DNA of 63,422 bases, the filler included, from Octopus bimaculoides (Eukaryota), in assembly GCF_001194135.2 (NCBI RefSeq). It is 4 parts of 3 records of this genome, joined end to end, with 100 filler letters (N's around TTAATTAATTAA, not from the genome) between each part and the next. Parts side by side here need not be neighbours in the genome. Positions count along the whole stretch, not along the records: positions 1 to 10,592 come from NC_068983.1; positions 10,693 to 38,077 come from NC_068990.1; 2 more parts are not named here. One strand, 5' to 3'. Each line of letters starts with the position of its first letter. The stretch's first letter is position 1. A program made the translations under genes and the position numbers. A model generated the notes under the pieces. The model searched no databases. It saw nothing but the letters and a program-made list of their open reading frames with translations, and was not told where the DNA came from. Of the stretch, positions 1-12,618 are shown in pieces.

Positions 1-678
1 TATATATATATATATATACAGTGAAAGAGAGATATAAGCAGATGGTCTCACACACACACACAGCACTTACATACATACATACATACGTACATACATACAT
101 ACATACATACATACATACATACATACATACTTACATGCATGCATGCATATATTATGTCTTATAAGACGTAACTTAAGTTTCTCGAAAACATATGCGTACA
201 AGAAATATCGTTTATTTTTACACTGTAATATAACCACAAAGTAAATATATCAATATTTTCTTTTTACGAGTACATTACAGATTCGCTTTCACTTTATTTA
301 TTGGACATAGAATTCGCATAAGTAAAATACATGCATATGTTATTTTCGACAGCAGGCGCCAAAGATGATACTATTTGAAAATTATCCGGATACATACACC
401 CTGGTAGCTAACATAAGATGGAACCATGACATACAGTAAGCCCATTCAATTATGCTTTAATTATAATTTGTGCTAATTACTGGGTAATACACTCAACTAA
501 TTTTCAAATAGTTTTCTGTTGTGGGACTGCTGTTGAATGTAAACTATGTATTTGTGTATTATTTAGACTGACATGTCTGTGAGAAGTATATACATGTGAG
601 CATCAATTGTACATATACATACACGTAAGGGGCTCTGTCTGTCAACGTTGACCCTCTACATACATACATGCATAGCTG

Positions 679-1105
679 ATTCGAAGACTACAGATCCAAT
701 CCTTCACTGGAGCTCTAAACATCTGTAACATATTCCAAAAGTTTATCATTTAAGTATATATGAACATGTCTAGATATGCAAATATATGCATGAGAAGACA
801 TACATAAAGCAAAACATGCAAATCTGCACGTGTACATACATACATACATACATACATACATACATACATACATACATACATACATAACTGCCTAGATGCC
901 AATCTTGAGAAATTAGTCTTCCCAAAATTAGAAAGGAGAAAGCTAATTCGAAGACTACAGATCCAATCTATAATTGGAACTGTAAAAATCTGTAAAACTT
1001 TCCAGAAGTTTATCATTTAAATATATATGAGCATGTCTAGATATACAACTGTATGTATGAGAATACATACATAAAGCATACAAATCTGTACATACATACA
1101 TACAT
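679..1105 (+). repeat. Diverged local direct duplication (about 160 bp; copies start at 679 and 946)
   Basis: attcgaagactacagatccaatc...aagtttatcatttaa.tatatatga.catgtctagatat.caa...catacataaagca appears twice, each followed by (TACA)n. Confidence 0.85.
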
Positions 1106-2354
1106 GCTGTCGGACATATGTCTCGCCCCCTGGGGCTGAGTAATAGCCATTTCAAAAACGGCCGTCCTCTCTGTCTACTCTGTACAAATATGAACTACAA
1201 AAAATATCAGACGATGACGCACTGACTATACACAAAGCCCGTTGTAGCGCCCTCTTATGCGTTAAAATGCGTTAAAAGTAGATAGGAACAATGAATATAA
1301 TGAAGTACATGGCTGCACATTTTGACATAAGGTATATTCTATTAAATTGACCCGAATATTTCAACAATATTTAAGTTTATCCAAACCGGAAAAATGAAAG
1401 ATAAATATGAACCCAACATCATTTGTATGTAACGGTATAGTTTTTCTAAACCCCTGCGGGCAATGGCATCCAATTTTATGATTACACTAATCGTGATTTA
1501 TGTCTTTGGTGAAAACTATAAAATCTATAGCAGTCTGTAGACAATATTTAAAGCAGATACACCATTGAAAGCCTAACTACAGAAGTCGTTCTGACATATT
1601 AACGCTTATAGATGCATTGTGCTTAAAAACACAAATATATATCAAAAGAAGACGAAAATCCTCTAGCAAGGGTGGTATCATGGCTAAATGCGTATTTCTA
1701 TCTCTTTGAGTTTTATCAGTAGCAAGTATTTGCTGGGAATCGCATGCCGAGATAAAATCCGCTGCTACTGATATAGAAAAACAATTAGTGAAAAATCACT
1801 GATGTTACAATAAAAATTCGTTATATGCAGTAGAATTAGTATTAGTTTAAAATGGTAATCTGTGTATCATACTTAGAGCGAATCCACTATTGAAAGCCTA
1901 ATTGACTGTGAATTACTTCTACTTAATTTATCACCACCAGAGTGAAACCAGACGATGTTGATCTCAGTGAATTTGAACTCAGAACGTAGAATGATGTAAC
2001 TAAATAAAGCAGGAATTCAGTTCACTAATCAACTAATTCTGCCACTCACCACTCTTCTCCGCACTACTTCATAAAAACAGTAATGAAAACCTATGCAGTT
2101 TTACTTTCCGTAAACTATCAAATTATTGCTGATATGACAGATTACTGCTTGTTTCTGTTGCAGATGTACAAAGACAATTTTCTCTGCTTGAATTATCTTA
2201 CATCGCCATCTTCAATTCATACAATTCAACAATCCATCATCACACAAAATACTGCACATAACGGTATATAGTTTCATAGCTCAGTCAGCACTTTACAGAG
2301 ATGAACAACAACAACAACAACAACAACGACTACTACTACAACTACTACTACTAT

Positions 2355-2410
<56 letters not shown>

Positions 2411-2434
2411 TATGATAACAACAACAACAACAAA

Positions 2435-2960
2435 GATCGTCTATACACGAAGAGATGAAATGGAGGAAGGTGGGTGATAAGTGTGGAAGACTGCGTATAT
2501 ATTGAACATGGGAACTTACTGAGATATCTAACCCAAAATGTGAAAACCTTGATAGTGGTAGTTAGAGATGAAGGCATATTGAAAGCAGGAAAAAATAGAA
2601 AAGAACAAAACAAGAAGTACAAGAAGGATATGGCAAAGTAGTATGCAACAAGGGACTATGTAATTAATTACATGTGGCCACAACTGAAATTGCTGGAGAA
2701 CATAGGTGGCGCTAGTTAAAGAAACATATACTTGCAGCGCAAGACCAAGCTTTGATGAGAAAATGGAGGGCCAACCTTAAAAATGAGCAAATGTATCCAT
2801 TGAGGTGAATTTGTAATGGATTTGAAAAAAAAAATGATTGTCAATATTGAGAATGAATGCCCTCGACTTGCCTAAAACCGATATCAGTTGTGGTAACATG
2901 ATGAAGTGGCAAAAGTACTGCATTGGAATCTGTATGAAAAGTGGGGAATAGAGAGAGGCA
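2435..2960 (+). mobile_element. Degenerate R4/Dong-clade non-LTR retrotransposon fragment (C-terminal ORF region)
   Basis: Broken reading gives DRLYTKR, KETYILAAQDQAL, ECPRLA and HDEVAKVLHWNLYEKWG, collinear with the better copy at 13663-14746. Confidence 0.7.
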
Positions 2961-3922
2961 TGACGATGATGATGATGATGATGATGATGACGACGACGAC
3001 GACGATGACAATAATGATGATGGGAGATGAGTGATGTTGAACTTTTACTATCTAAAACGATCACTCCGGACAAATTCAGCGAAGCAAAGTCGACTGGGTG
3101 CTTCCAAAATTTCTGAACTTATAATAAGAATAGTTTTCTTTTTGGTTATGTATGAACATCATAATGGTATTGGCAATCTTCTCAAACCTATCCTCTGGGT
3201 GTTGATAGCTATTCTGCAGAATAAGCTTAGTTGAAAATGTTTCATATAATCCGGATGTGAGTGAAATTGTCATAAGGCACTCATCAAATATAAACATACA
3301 CCTTCGCTCTTTCACTCGGCATATTTCCCTTTAAATTTAATTTTTGTCTGGTAGAAAATGTCGGGCAACCTTACTATTGAACATTTTCTGAATAAATTTT
3401 CATTAACGCTGATGACTTTTTATCTCATTAGCGTTACAATTTCACTTAGAAAAATCTTATTTATGGCTCCTAACCTGCACTTAACTATATGTTATTTATG
3501 CAGGAGACACCCTTGTGGATCGTTACATTAATTTGCCTAATCGGCGAATGTTCTTTACACACACACACACGTATATTTATATTAACTTCCAGAGGTCTTG
3601 ACAGCCATTCGGTGGTCTCTGCTTCTCTAGGGAAGGTTAATAGACGAAACGTGTCCGGATTTCTCATCATGGCAGCCAAAGACCAAAATGGTTCTCTCAT
3701 TTCCCTATATGCCCCCGTTTAAATTATTTATCTCTTTATTTATTTAGTCCTTCATTTTAATTTCAGTAATTTGTTGTCATTTCACTTCCTTATCCCATGA
3801 GAACAACTTTTCACATTAGAGTCATAATTTCCATTACTTTAAAAAAACAACAACATCATTTGGGAATCTCCACCTCAAGTGTGGTTGTTTATACTTTATT
3901 GCATAATGTTGTTCACATGCAT

Positions 3923-3935
3923 CTATTTAGGACCA
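3923..3935 (-). CDS. Candidate terminal coding exon (I-GPK-stop) of the Cys-rich peptide gene
   Basis: Acceptor tattttctgttttag|T GGT CCT AAA TAG, phase-compatible with 5096-5218. AATAAA on the - strand at 3895-3900. Confidence 0.3.
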
Positions 3936-5095
3936 CTAAAACAGAAAATATAATTGAAAGGGTTGATGGGAGTAGTTCAAGATCAATGCTTTCACATTTG
4001 AGTTTGCAACAGAATAGAAAACAAAAACAAAGCTAAATATCTAAAAACTGTAGTCAAACACACACACACACAAATTATGTTTTGTCTTTGGTTATGAACT
4101 GATGAACTAACTAAACGACTGGCAGAATCGTTAGAGCGTCGAGAATATGCCGTGCGTTATTTGTTCCGGGTTTTTATGTACAGAGTTCAGATCCCAGTTA
4201 CGTCACTTTACGTTTCATCATTACGTATACGATAAAATAAATTATTAGAAAAGTACTGGAGTCAATTTACTCAGCTAATTCTACTTCCTTGTGTAAATTG
4301 TTAGTCTTGCGTCTAATGAGAAATTAGAGGCTACCAGCTAGTTCTCGAACGAAATACATTTGGTATTTAATCCTGTCAGGGTTAATTTTGCCATTCCNNN
4401 NNNNNNNNNNNNNNNNNNNNNNNNNNNNNNNNNNNNNNNNNNNNNNNNNNNNNNNNNNNNNNNNNNNNNNNNNNNNNNNNNNNNNNNNNNNNNNNNNNNN
4501 NNNNNNNNNNNNNNNNNNNNNNNNNNNNNNNNNNNNNNNNNNNNNNNNNNNNNNNNNNNNNNNNNNNNNNNNNNNNNNNNNNNNNNNNNNNNNNNNNNNN
4601 NNNNNNNNNNNNNNNNNNNNNNNNNNNNNNNNNNNNNNNNNNNNNNNNNNNNNNNNNNNNNNNNNNNNNNNNNNNNNNNNNNNNNNNNNNNNNNNNNNNN
4701 NNNNNNNNNNNNNNNNNNNNNNNNNNNNNNNNNNTATATATATATAAAGTCCTTTTAATGCATTCTTTTCCCAATTAAGGTACAAGCCCAAGTACTCAAG
4801 TGGACGATATCGACTAGGGCCACTAACCTCAAAATTGCTGGCATTGTATTTAAATTACAAACCATTGTTTTTAGTGTCACAAAGGTTTACATGTTAGGGA
4901 AAGGTTTTATCGAATGTCTTCATCTCGTACTTATTGTACGTGATGCCAATTTTGGCCAGATTTGACCTCTCATCGTAAAGGGAAATAACCATATAACACA
5001 AAACATTTTCTATTTTAGTCTCTTGACTAAAACATAAATCGGAAAAACACATTGGCACAATACCGTCACTGCTTCACTGTTACAGATTAGCTTAC

Positions 5096-5218
5096 ATTTT
5101 CGCCTCTAAACCATAACACTTCTCGTGACAGATACAGTATTTTAAACATGTATATTGAAATATGTTCTTTTTTCTTTGCTTCTCGCTTTTGTCTTTGGTT
5201 GCAGAGCATGCCTTATCA
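5096..5218 (-). CDS. Candidate internal exon of a small Cys/Lys-rich peptide gene (DKACSATKDKSEKQRKKNIFQYTCLKYCICHEKCYGLEAK)
   Basis: 123-nt phase 2-2 exon with donor AAAAT|gtaagc. The acceptor cag is preceded by about 70 nt free of AG containing a pyrimidine tract. Non-repetitive open frame with 5 Cys. Confidence 0.45.
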
Positions 5219-5321
5219 CTGTTAGCACATATTTTATCAACAAGAGAAGGATGAAAGAGAAACATGGAAACCAAATAGCAAGACACAATTAAAAACTTTG
5301 GTTTTCTTCACACCGTCTTAC

Positions 5322-5343
5322 ACTTTCTTCCAGTCTATGCAAG
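5322..5343 (-). CDS. Candidate 22-nt exon (CIDWKKV) upstream of 5096-5218
   Basis: Donor AAAGT|gtaaga with a phase-2 end that joins in frame across a 103-nt intron. The acceptor (tactcacctag) is weak, and the same bases also read as a + strand microexon. Confidence 0.25.
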
Positions 5344-5570
5344 CTAGGTGAGTAATATATAGTGTTCATATATTTGATAGGAGCCTGTCCTGGAGTAATT
5401 AACCTCAGTAATTTATTCTCTCAGATCTACTAATTTTCACACCTTCTGATTTATACATCAATTCAGTGTTAATATCATCGCTTGACAAGTATAGTAATAT
5501 CTGAGGATGTTCCATAAGTTGATCATGCGAAGCCTGGTACTTTTTTTATCATCACACACGCACACACACA

Positions 5571-5609
<39 letters not shown>

Positions 5610-5828
5610 ACAATTAAACATATGCATATGTATATGTATGTCCAGAATTGATCCCGTTACATGGCGTAAGTAATTAAAATATTTACCATTGATTAATATT
5701 GCCTTCTCTCTTGCATAATTATTTTAATTAGCTTTTTAATCTTTAGTGCCTCGTGCATTGAATATAGTAACAATACAATTTTTTGTATTTCATGGAAATG
5801 ACATTTCTATCTATCTATCTATCTGTCA

Positions 5829-5865
<37 letters not shown>

Positions 5866-5902
5866 CCTGTTTGTCTGTCTGTCTATCTATCTCTTTCTCT
5901 TG

Positions 5903-5970
<68 letters not shown>

Positions 5971-5972
5971 AG

Positions 5973-6004
<32 letters not shown>

Positions 6005-8058
6005 GCACACACATAAAAGTATGCATCTGTGCGTATGTATGCATGCATGTATGTATGTATGTATGTATGTATGTTTATATGTATGTATGTGTTTATAAAA
6101 GAGAAAGACCACAAGCAGCGGAAAATAGAGTGAGAAAAGTTTGCCGGGAAAGTGAACTCTGCAAGCTAGAAAGCACTTCACAGTTGCTAACCTGCAGAAT
6201 GGCTGGGGACTTGAACGATCTCAGTTGATTATGACAGTAAACATCACTATCCCTTTTTACCGCCAAAACATCCAACCGTATGCTGTTGTGTCAAGGAAAG
6301 CAAAGTGGTAAAAATGTTAGAGGTGACAGTCTCCTGGGAGGCGAACATCGTCAGCGCAGTTGACAAGACATGCAGATGAGTTGAGGTGACTGAACACTGT
6401 GAAAATAATGGATGAGAGTTAACATGCATTCTTGCGAGGATAAATATCAGAAGCTTTATTAGAATTTGTGTTCACATGGCGCTCAGAAATCTTGGACTGC
6501 ATTGGAAAGAAAGTAGTACTCATGGAAATTGCCTGAAGCTTTTGAGCAGTAACTCTCAACTATTTTTGTTTATGGCTCCCTCTGATTCTTATTTTACACC
6601 GATGGACCCACATAGCCATTTGAGGTTTCAAAATCTTATTATTCATTTAAGAGTAAAGACCCCAGTCGGGTTTACAATCATGAGGTAGTGAGTTCGATTC
6701 CCGGACCGAGCTGTGTGTTATGTTCTTGAGCAAGACACTTTATTTTACGTTGCTCCAGTTCACTCTGCTGTAGAAATGAGTTCTGACGTCACTGGTGCCA
6801 AACTGTATCGGCCTTTGCCTTTCCATTGGATAACATCGGTGACGTGGACAGGGGAGGCTGATATGCATGGGCGACTGCTGGTCTTCTATAAACAACCTTG
6901 CCTGGACTTGTCCCTGGGAGGGGAACCTTCTACACTTTTATAATTAAATAAAATCTTATATGGACCCTGGTTGGGAGCTACTGCTGTAGAAAGAGCGAGC
7001 CATTACGTCTGACTCCAGACACAAGGAAGAAGATGGCTGTTGCTTGTAAAATATTGAAGAAATTCTGTTCAAAATGTTTCCAGCGTTGAAGGTAATAAAT
7101 GCATCTGCTCTAAAGGCACAACGGCTAATTCTAACTCCGTGCTAAATTCGTTGTCTACACCAGTGGGTAGCCTCGGGTAGATCTAGCGTCGCAGAATTGT
7201 GGAAGGGTGATACACCTATAGTACTACTTCTCTTACCTTATGAGGATTCGGGTTCAGTTTCATTGGGCGGTGCCTTGACCAAGTGTTTTCTACTATAGCC
7301 TCGGGCCGAGGTCAACCAAAGGCTTGTGAGTAGATTTGGTAGACGGAAACTGAAAGAAGTTCGTCGTATATATATATATATATATGTATATATCTGTATG
7401 TGTGTCTGCGTGTGTGTATGTGTGCGTATGTGTGTGTGAGCGTATGTGTGTCTGTGTTTTTGCTCCCCCCCTGCCAACGCTTGACAACTGGTCTTGGAGT
7501 GATTACGTCCCCGTAACATAGCGGTTCGGCAAAGGAGACCGATGAAAGAAGTACCAAGCTTTGAAACATAAGCATTGGAGTCGATTCGTTCGACTAAAAA
7601 CTTCCTCAAGGCGGTGCCCCAGCATGGCCGTAGTCCAATGATTGTAACCAGTGAAAGAATAATAATTTTAGTATAGTAATAATTTGATATGTGACCTAGA
7701 ACAATCAGCACAACAGATTATTTAGGTGCAGATTAAAGGTTTGGGTCATGTTTCATGAGAGGAAAAGTTATTCAGCAATTCTGTCTGTTAATAAATGAGA
7801 AACTAATCCTTCTGCGTTTGTATGTGCGTGTAAGTGTGTGCGTGCATATGTATATATGTATGTGTGTATCTGTTTGTGTGTGTATGTGTGCCTATGCGAG
7901 TGTATGCGTATATGAATAATAATTGTGTTTTCTGTATATATGTATGTCTGCATAAATACATGCCTGGTTTTGTACGTTTGTGAGTAGATGCTTAAACACA
8001 CACATACAGGCACACACACACACACACACAGAGGCACACACACACACACACATGTAAG

Positions 8059-8091
<33 letters not shown>

Positions 8092-8272
8092 NNNNNNNNN
8101 NNNNNNNNNNNNNNNNNNNNNNNNNNNNNNNNNNNNNNNNNNNNNNNNNNNNNNNNNNNNNNNNNNNNNNNNNNNNNNNNNNNNNNNNNNNNNNNNNNNN
8201 NNNNNNNNNNNNNNNNNNNNNNNNNNNNNNNNNNNNNNNNNNNNNNNNNNNNNNNNNNNNNNNNNNNNTATG

Positions 8273-8329
<57 letters not shown>

Positions 8330-10592
8330 GTATATATATATGTATATATGTATATATATATATGTATATATATATATAGGTGTGTGTGTATGTATGTGTA
8401 TGTAAATAAAGCGTGCATGTGTATGTGTGTATGAATATCGATATGTAACCGTAAGCTTGAGTGTGAATATATAAATGCAAGACAGCCACTTGACACATTG
8501 CACTTACTTCCATCTTAGTCAGCTGTAGCAAGGCCTGTTGAGAGATACTGGATATGACCCCGTTATTCCTGAGGGAGCAGAGGCCACCACAGTCTGTCAA
8601 ACGAAACGTGTGTTTGTCTGATATGAACACAACAGCAGTGCTGTAGAGCGTGTTTCTGGAAACATTTCGGATGTTATTCCCCGGACGCCAATCAATGCCA
8701 GGCAGACAACGGAAGCTGTCACAAATAATTACGAAACACATTTAACGCCATGTTGCCGTGTAAAATGAAATGCTTTGCATTACCACCCCTTCAGCTTCCA
8801 TCTACCACTTTCTACAATTCTCGCCAAACTAAATACAAATCGACTCCGTTACAGCACTGTATCACACCGCCACTTCTTTATTGATACGAATAAGTCATTT
8901 ACATATTTACTCGTCAGCACAAACAGAAAATGAGGCTTTTAAAGAAACCACGGTAGTAAGTGATCAGTTAACTTAATTGTATCAAAACATCTACACATTA
9001 TTTGGATCAAACGGATTTTATCCACGGATGCCAACTTCTTGAAAACGAAGCAAAAGCAAACATTACGATTTGGCAATGAATTGCAATGACGAGTTTTTCG
9101 ATAGTTTACTAATGGCTTCATAAATAGCCTGGCGGTAAGAGATCAACCTTCGCAACACGCAGACTAAAGGGGGCGGTAGTGGCAGTAAGTAGGTTTCCTC
9201 CTTTAAGCTGATGTTTAATGCCAGTTTATGAATAACTAGATATAAACTACCACATAATTACATCACCATCAGGACCATCTGTATTTGTTTCACGCTCCCT
9301 GTGGAGTCATATACCTCCACAAACTTCCTTAACGAGTTTCTTGAAGTTTTATAGATTAGCTAACAGTTTCTCTGCTAAACCACAATATCTCCAATGACAA
9401 ACGCAATACTACAAATATCTTCATTAGAATATTTTGCTCATTCCCTCTTATTTTTTTCTTTCTTTTTCGGCTGCACGTGTCTTAAATATGAATAATTATA
9501 AATCTAAATGTCTAAAGGACTTAAAATATTCAGTTTCAGTTCCTTACGTTGTACGTTTTAATTCTTGACAGAGGTGACTTTGCCTTTCGTCCGTTCGCAA
9601 TCACGATAAAATAGATATCAGGTAGGTCCTGGGGATGAGTCAGTCGACTGCACCCTTCTATATCACATTAACGATCTTGCTCCTGATTGACCAATCAATG
9701 TACATACAACTTGCATACAGATACTTTCAGATGTCATCAACCAGTTTAGCAGTAGCTTACATGTACAGCCTCGCAATAACCCTTTTCCTTGTGGATAATA
9801 GTCTATAAGAGTTGGTCACCCAGGATCCATGTAGCTGCTAAGATCCATATTTTGGGGGTTCACGCAACAAAATAGTATATTGGAGATCGACAACAGTATT
9901 TTAAGCGCCTCTGAAAAAATGTTGCTTAAGATGTATATATTGGTATGTATTGCAAGAAACAATTGGGTTTCTTTCTCTAACGTTTTACATATTTCAACCT
10001 ATGCAACTCCATGTGGGAAAAGTAAAATAGGAATGGGATCCACCGGAATAAAATAGTAAGGAAACGTGTCCGTAATTAAAAAATGGTTGGAAACCATCAT
10101 CTATATCAAAACTAAATCTATTAAATATAAGTTAACTTTGTACATGAAAGTATACAACGTGCACTAGACGTTGTATAGCGACTAAAAGGAATAAATAACT
10201 AAAACGTGAGGCACCAATACTAAAGACTGACAGTTCGCGTTCAATCAATGGCATCTTAGTCCCTGTGCCTCGTTGGTCTATTTCTCATTGGTCTACACGA
10301 GCTAACTCTAAATAGATAGCATAAGAAAGGGATATTAATTAAGCACTAAATTAGTTAAACGTAGAGCTACAATTCACTACTATAAACGGTAAAAGCAATT
10401 TTCAATGGACTAATTTATCATTAGCTTACTGTGTTCTGATCAAATTACGCTGTGGGAGTAGTTAGGAGAGATAGTGTCTATTAATCTGAGTCGCCCTTAC
10501 ACGTAAGTCTATGTAAGTGTATATATATGTGCATATGTATATAGTGTGTGCGCGTGTGCATGCGCGCGCGCATATATATATATATATATATA

Positions 10593-10692
10593 NNNNNNNN
10601 NNNNNNNNNNNNNNNNNNNNNNNNNNNNNNNNNNNNTTAATTAATTAANNNNNNNNNNNNNNNNNNNNNNNNNNNNNNNNNNNNNNNNNNNN
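10593..10692. other. Artificial 100-nt scaffolding spacer N44-TTAATTAATTAA-N44 (also 38078-38177 and 60480-60579)
   Basis: All three have exactly 44 N, the 12-mer that gives stops in all six frames, and 44 N. Confidence 0.95.
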
Positions 10693-10741
10693 CAGGAAAC
10701 GGAACTTCTACAGGCATAATCATGCATAATCATATTATTAA

Positions 10742-11165
10742 GGCGGCGAGCTGGCAGAAACGTTAGCACGCCGAGCGAAATGCTTAGCAGTATTTCCTCT
10801 GTCTTTACGATCTGAGTTCAAATTCCACTGAGGCTGACTTTGCCTTTCATCCTTTCGGGGTCGATAAATTAAGTACCAGTTACGCACTGGGGTCGATGTA
10901 ATCGACTTAATCCCTCTGTCTGTCCTTGTTTGTCCTCTCTATGTTTAGCCTCTTGTGGGCAATAAAGAAATAAGAAACGTTAGCAGGCCGGGCGAAATGT
11001 TTAGCGGCATTTCGACCGTCTTTATGTTCTGAGTTCAAATTCTGGCGAGGTCGACTTTGCCTTTCTTCCTTTTGGGGCCGATATATCAAGTACCAGTTGA
11101 GCACTGGTGTCGATGTAATCGACTTAACCCCTTTCCCCTAAATTGCTGGCTTTGTGTCAAACTTT
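10742..11165 (+). mobile_element. tRNA-derived SINE family B, tandem dimer. Other copies at about 45620-45795 -, 46798-46945, 51390-51508 +, 58803-59015 +
   Basis: ggcggcgagctggcagaaacgttagc...ctgagttcaaattcc (B-box-like)...gactttgcctttcatcctttcggggtcgataaattaagtaccag recurs in all copies. Confidence 0.9.
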
Positions 11166-11198
11166 GAAATCATCATCACCATCGGCATCATCATTATT

Positions 11199-11257
<59 letters not shown>

Positions 11258-11288
11258 TATTATTACTATTGTAATTATTATGAACGTT

Positions 11289-11319
<31 letters not shown>

Positions 11320-11562
11320 ATTTTGAAATTAAACCTCTCGCGCAGCACGTCAGATCTATCGAAAGTCTTAGAAAAAAGATATTCTAGAAGACTGTCTTCA
11401 GGTTTCAGAGTGTGCAATTAATACGAAGATCTATTAATAGTTATATATTTTGATAATAAACACATCTAAACAGGCACTCGCATACATTTACGGATAGTGA
11501 AGGGGAGTGGAAAAAAGGATAGGCGTTGTAAAACAGTAGTATTAAACATAATAATAATAATG

Positions 11563-11624
<62 letters not shown>

Positions 11625-11850
11625 GAATTTACTCCGGCGATGAAGCCCTCCCACGATGACAAGAAATGTTTAAATGGATGCACTATAAGATTCACTTCAA
11701 ACAAAATATCCAAGTTGGTAGGGTTTTATATATGTGTAGATATGCACACAGACACACGCACGCACACACATGCAATATACATATAGAAGAGAGACACAGG
11801 CATGCATTTATATATACATACACACATATATACATGTATATATATTACAG

Positions 11851-11884
<34 letters not shown>

Positions 11885-12007
11885 TTATATTTTTGTATAC
11901 ATCCCTATAGAAATATCAATATCTTTATACACAAACACTCACATAGCTGCATAAATGTGCGTGTATATATATATATATATGTGTGTGTATATATGTATAT
12001 GTATGTA

Positions 12008-12056
<49 letters not shown>

Positions 12057-12618
12057 NNNNNNNNNNNNNNNNNNNNNNNNNNNNNNNNNNNNNNNNNNNN
12101 NNNNNNNNNNNNNNNNNNNNNNNNNNNNNNNNNNNNNNNNNNNNNNNNNNNNNNNNNNNNNNNNNNNNNNNNNNNNNNNNNNNNNNNNNNNNNNNNNNNN
12201 NNNNNNNNNNNNNNNNNNNNNNNNNNNNNNNNNNNNNNNNNNNNNNNNNNNNNTATATATAATACAAATAATATGTGAGTATATGCATATATACGTACAT
12301 GTATGTACATACCTACATCAACATGTAAAAAAAGATGCATATCTGGGTACAGGACGTTGCAAAAAAAAAACGTGGACAAAATGATAAACAGAGTACAGAA
12401 AACACACAGGCCACACAGAGAGCGTTTCCTTCCTCAGCTGCCACCATTCTAAAACTAAGCGTTTCGAAGAGTTAGAGCTAATAGTGTGAGATTATCAATA
12501 CGGGCAAAATACTTCGTAAGTTCTCTGTTGGCCCACCAGGCTAACAATATTGTACAGATTAGTGAAGAACTCCAAGTATTTTTACTGCAGGTTCTGAGTT
12601 TATGGTTCATCACAATTT

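Noticed and set aside
1125-1465. DNA transposon with cccc/gggg-containing TIRs
   Set aside because: Only about 10/14 inverted match and no TSD.
3403-3435. 12-bp hairpin taacgctgatga/tcattagcgtta as a miRNA or terminator
   Set aside because: Too short for a pre-miRNA and has no other support.
4324-4791. Long ORFs spanning N-runs (also 29140-29886, 39024-39729, 41869-42655, 43725-44734 and others)
   Set aside because: They are open only because N codons are not stops.
5644-5663. + strand 20-nt exon (ccag|...GGC|gtaagt)
   Set aside because: The acceptor lies in a microsatellite with no pyrimidine tract, so it is within chance expectation.
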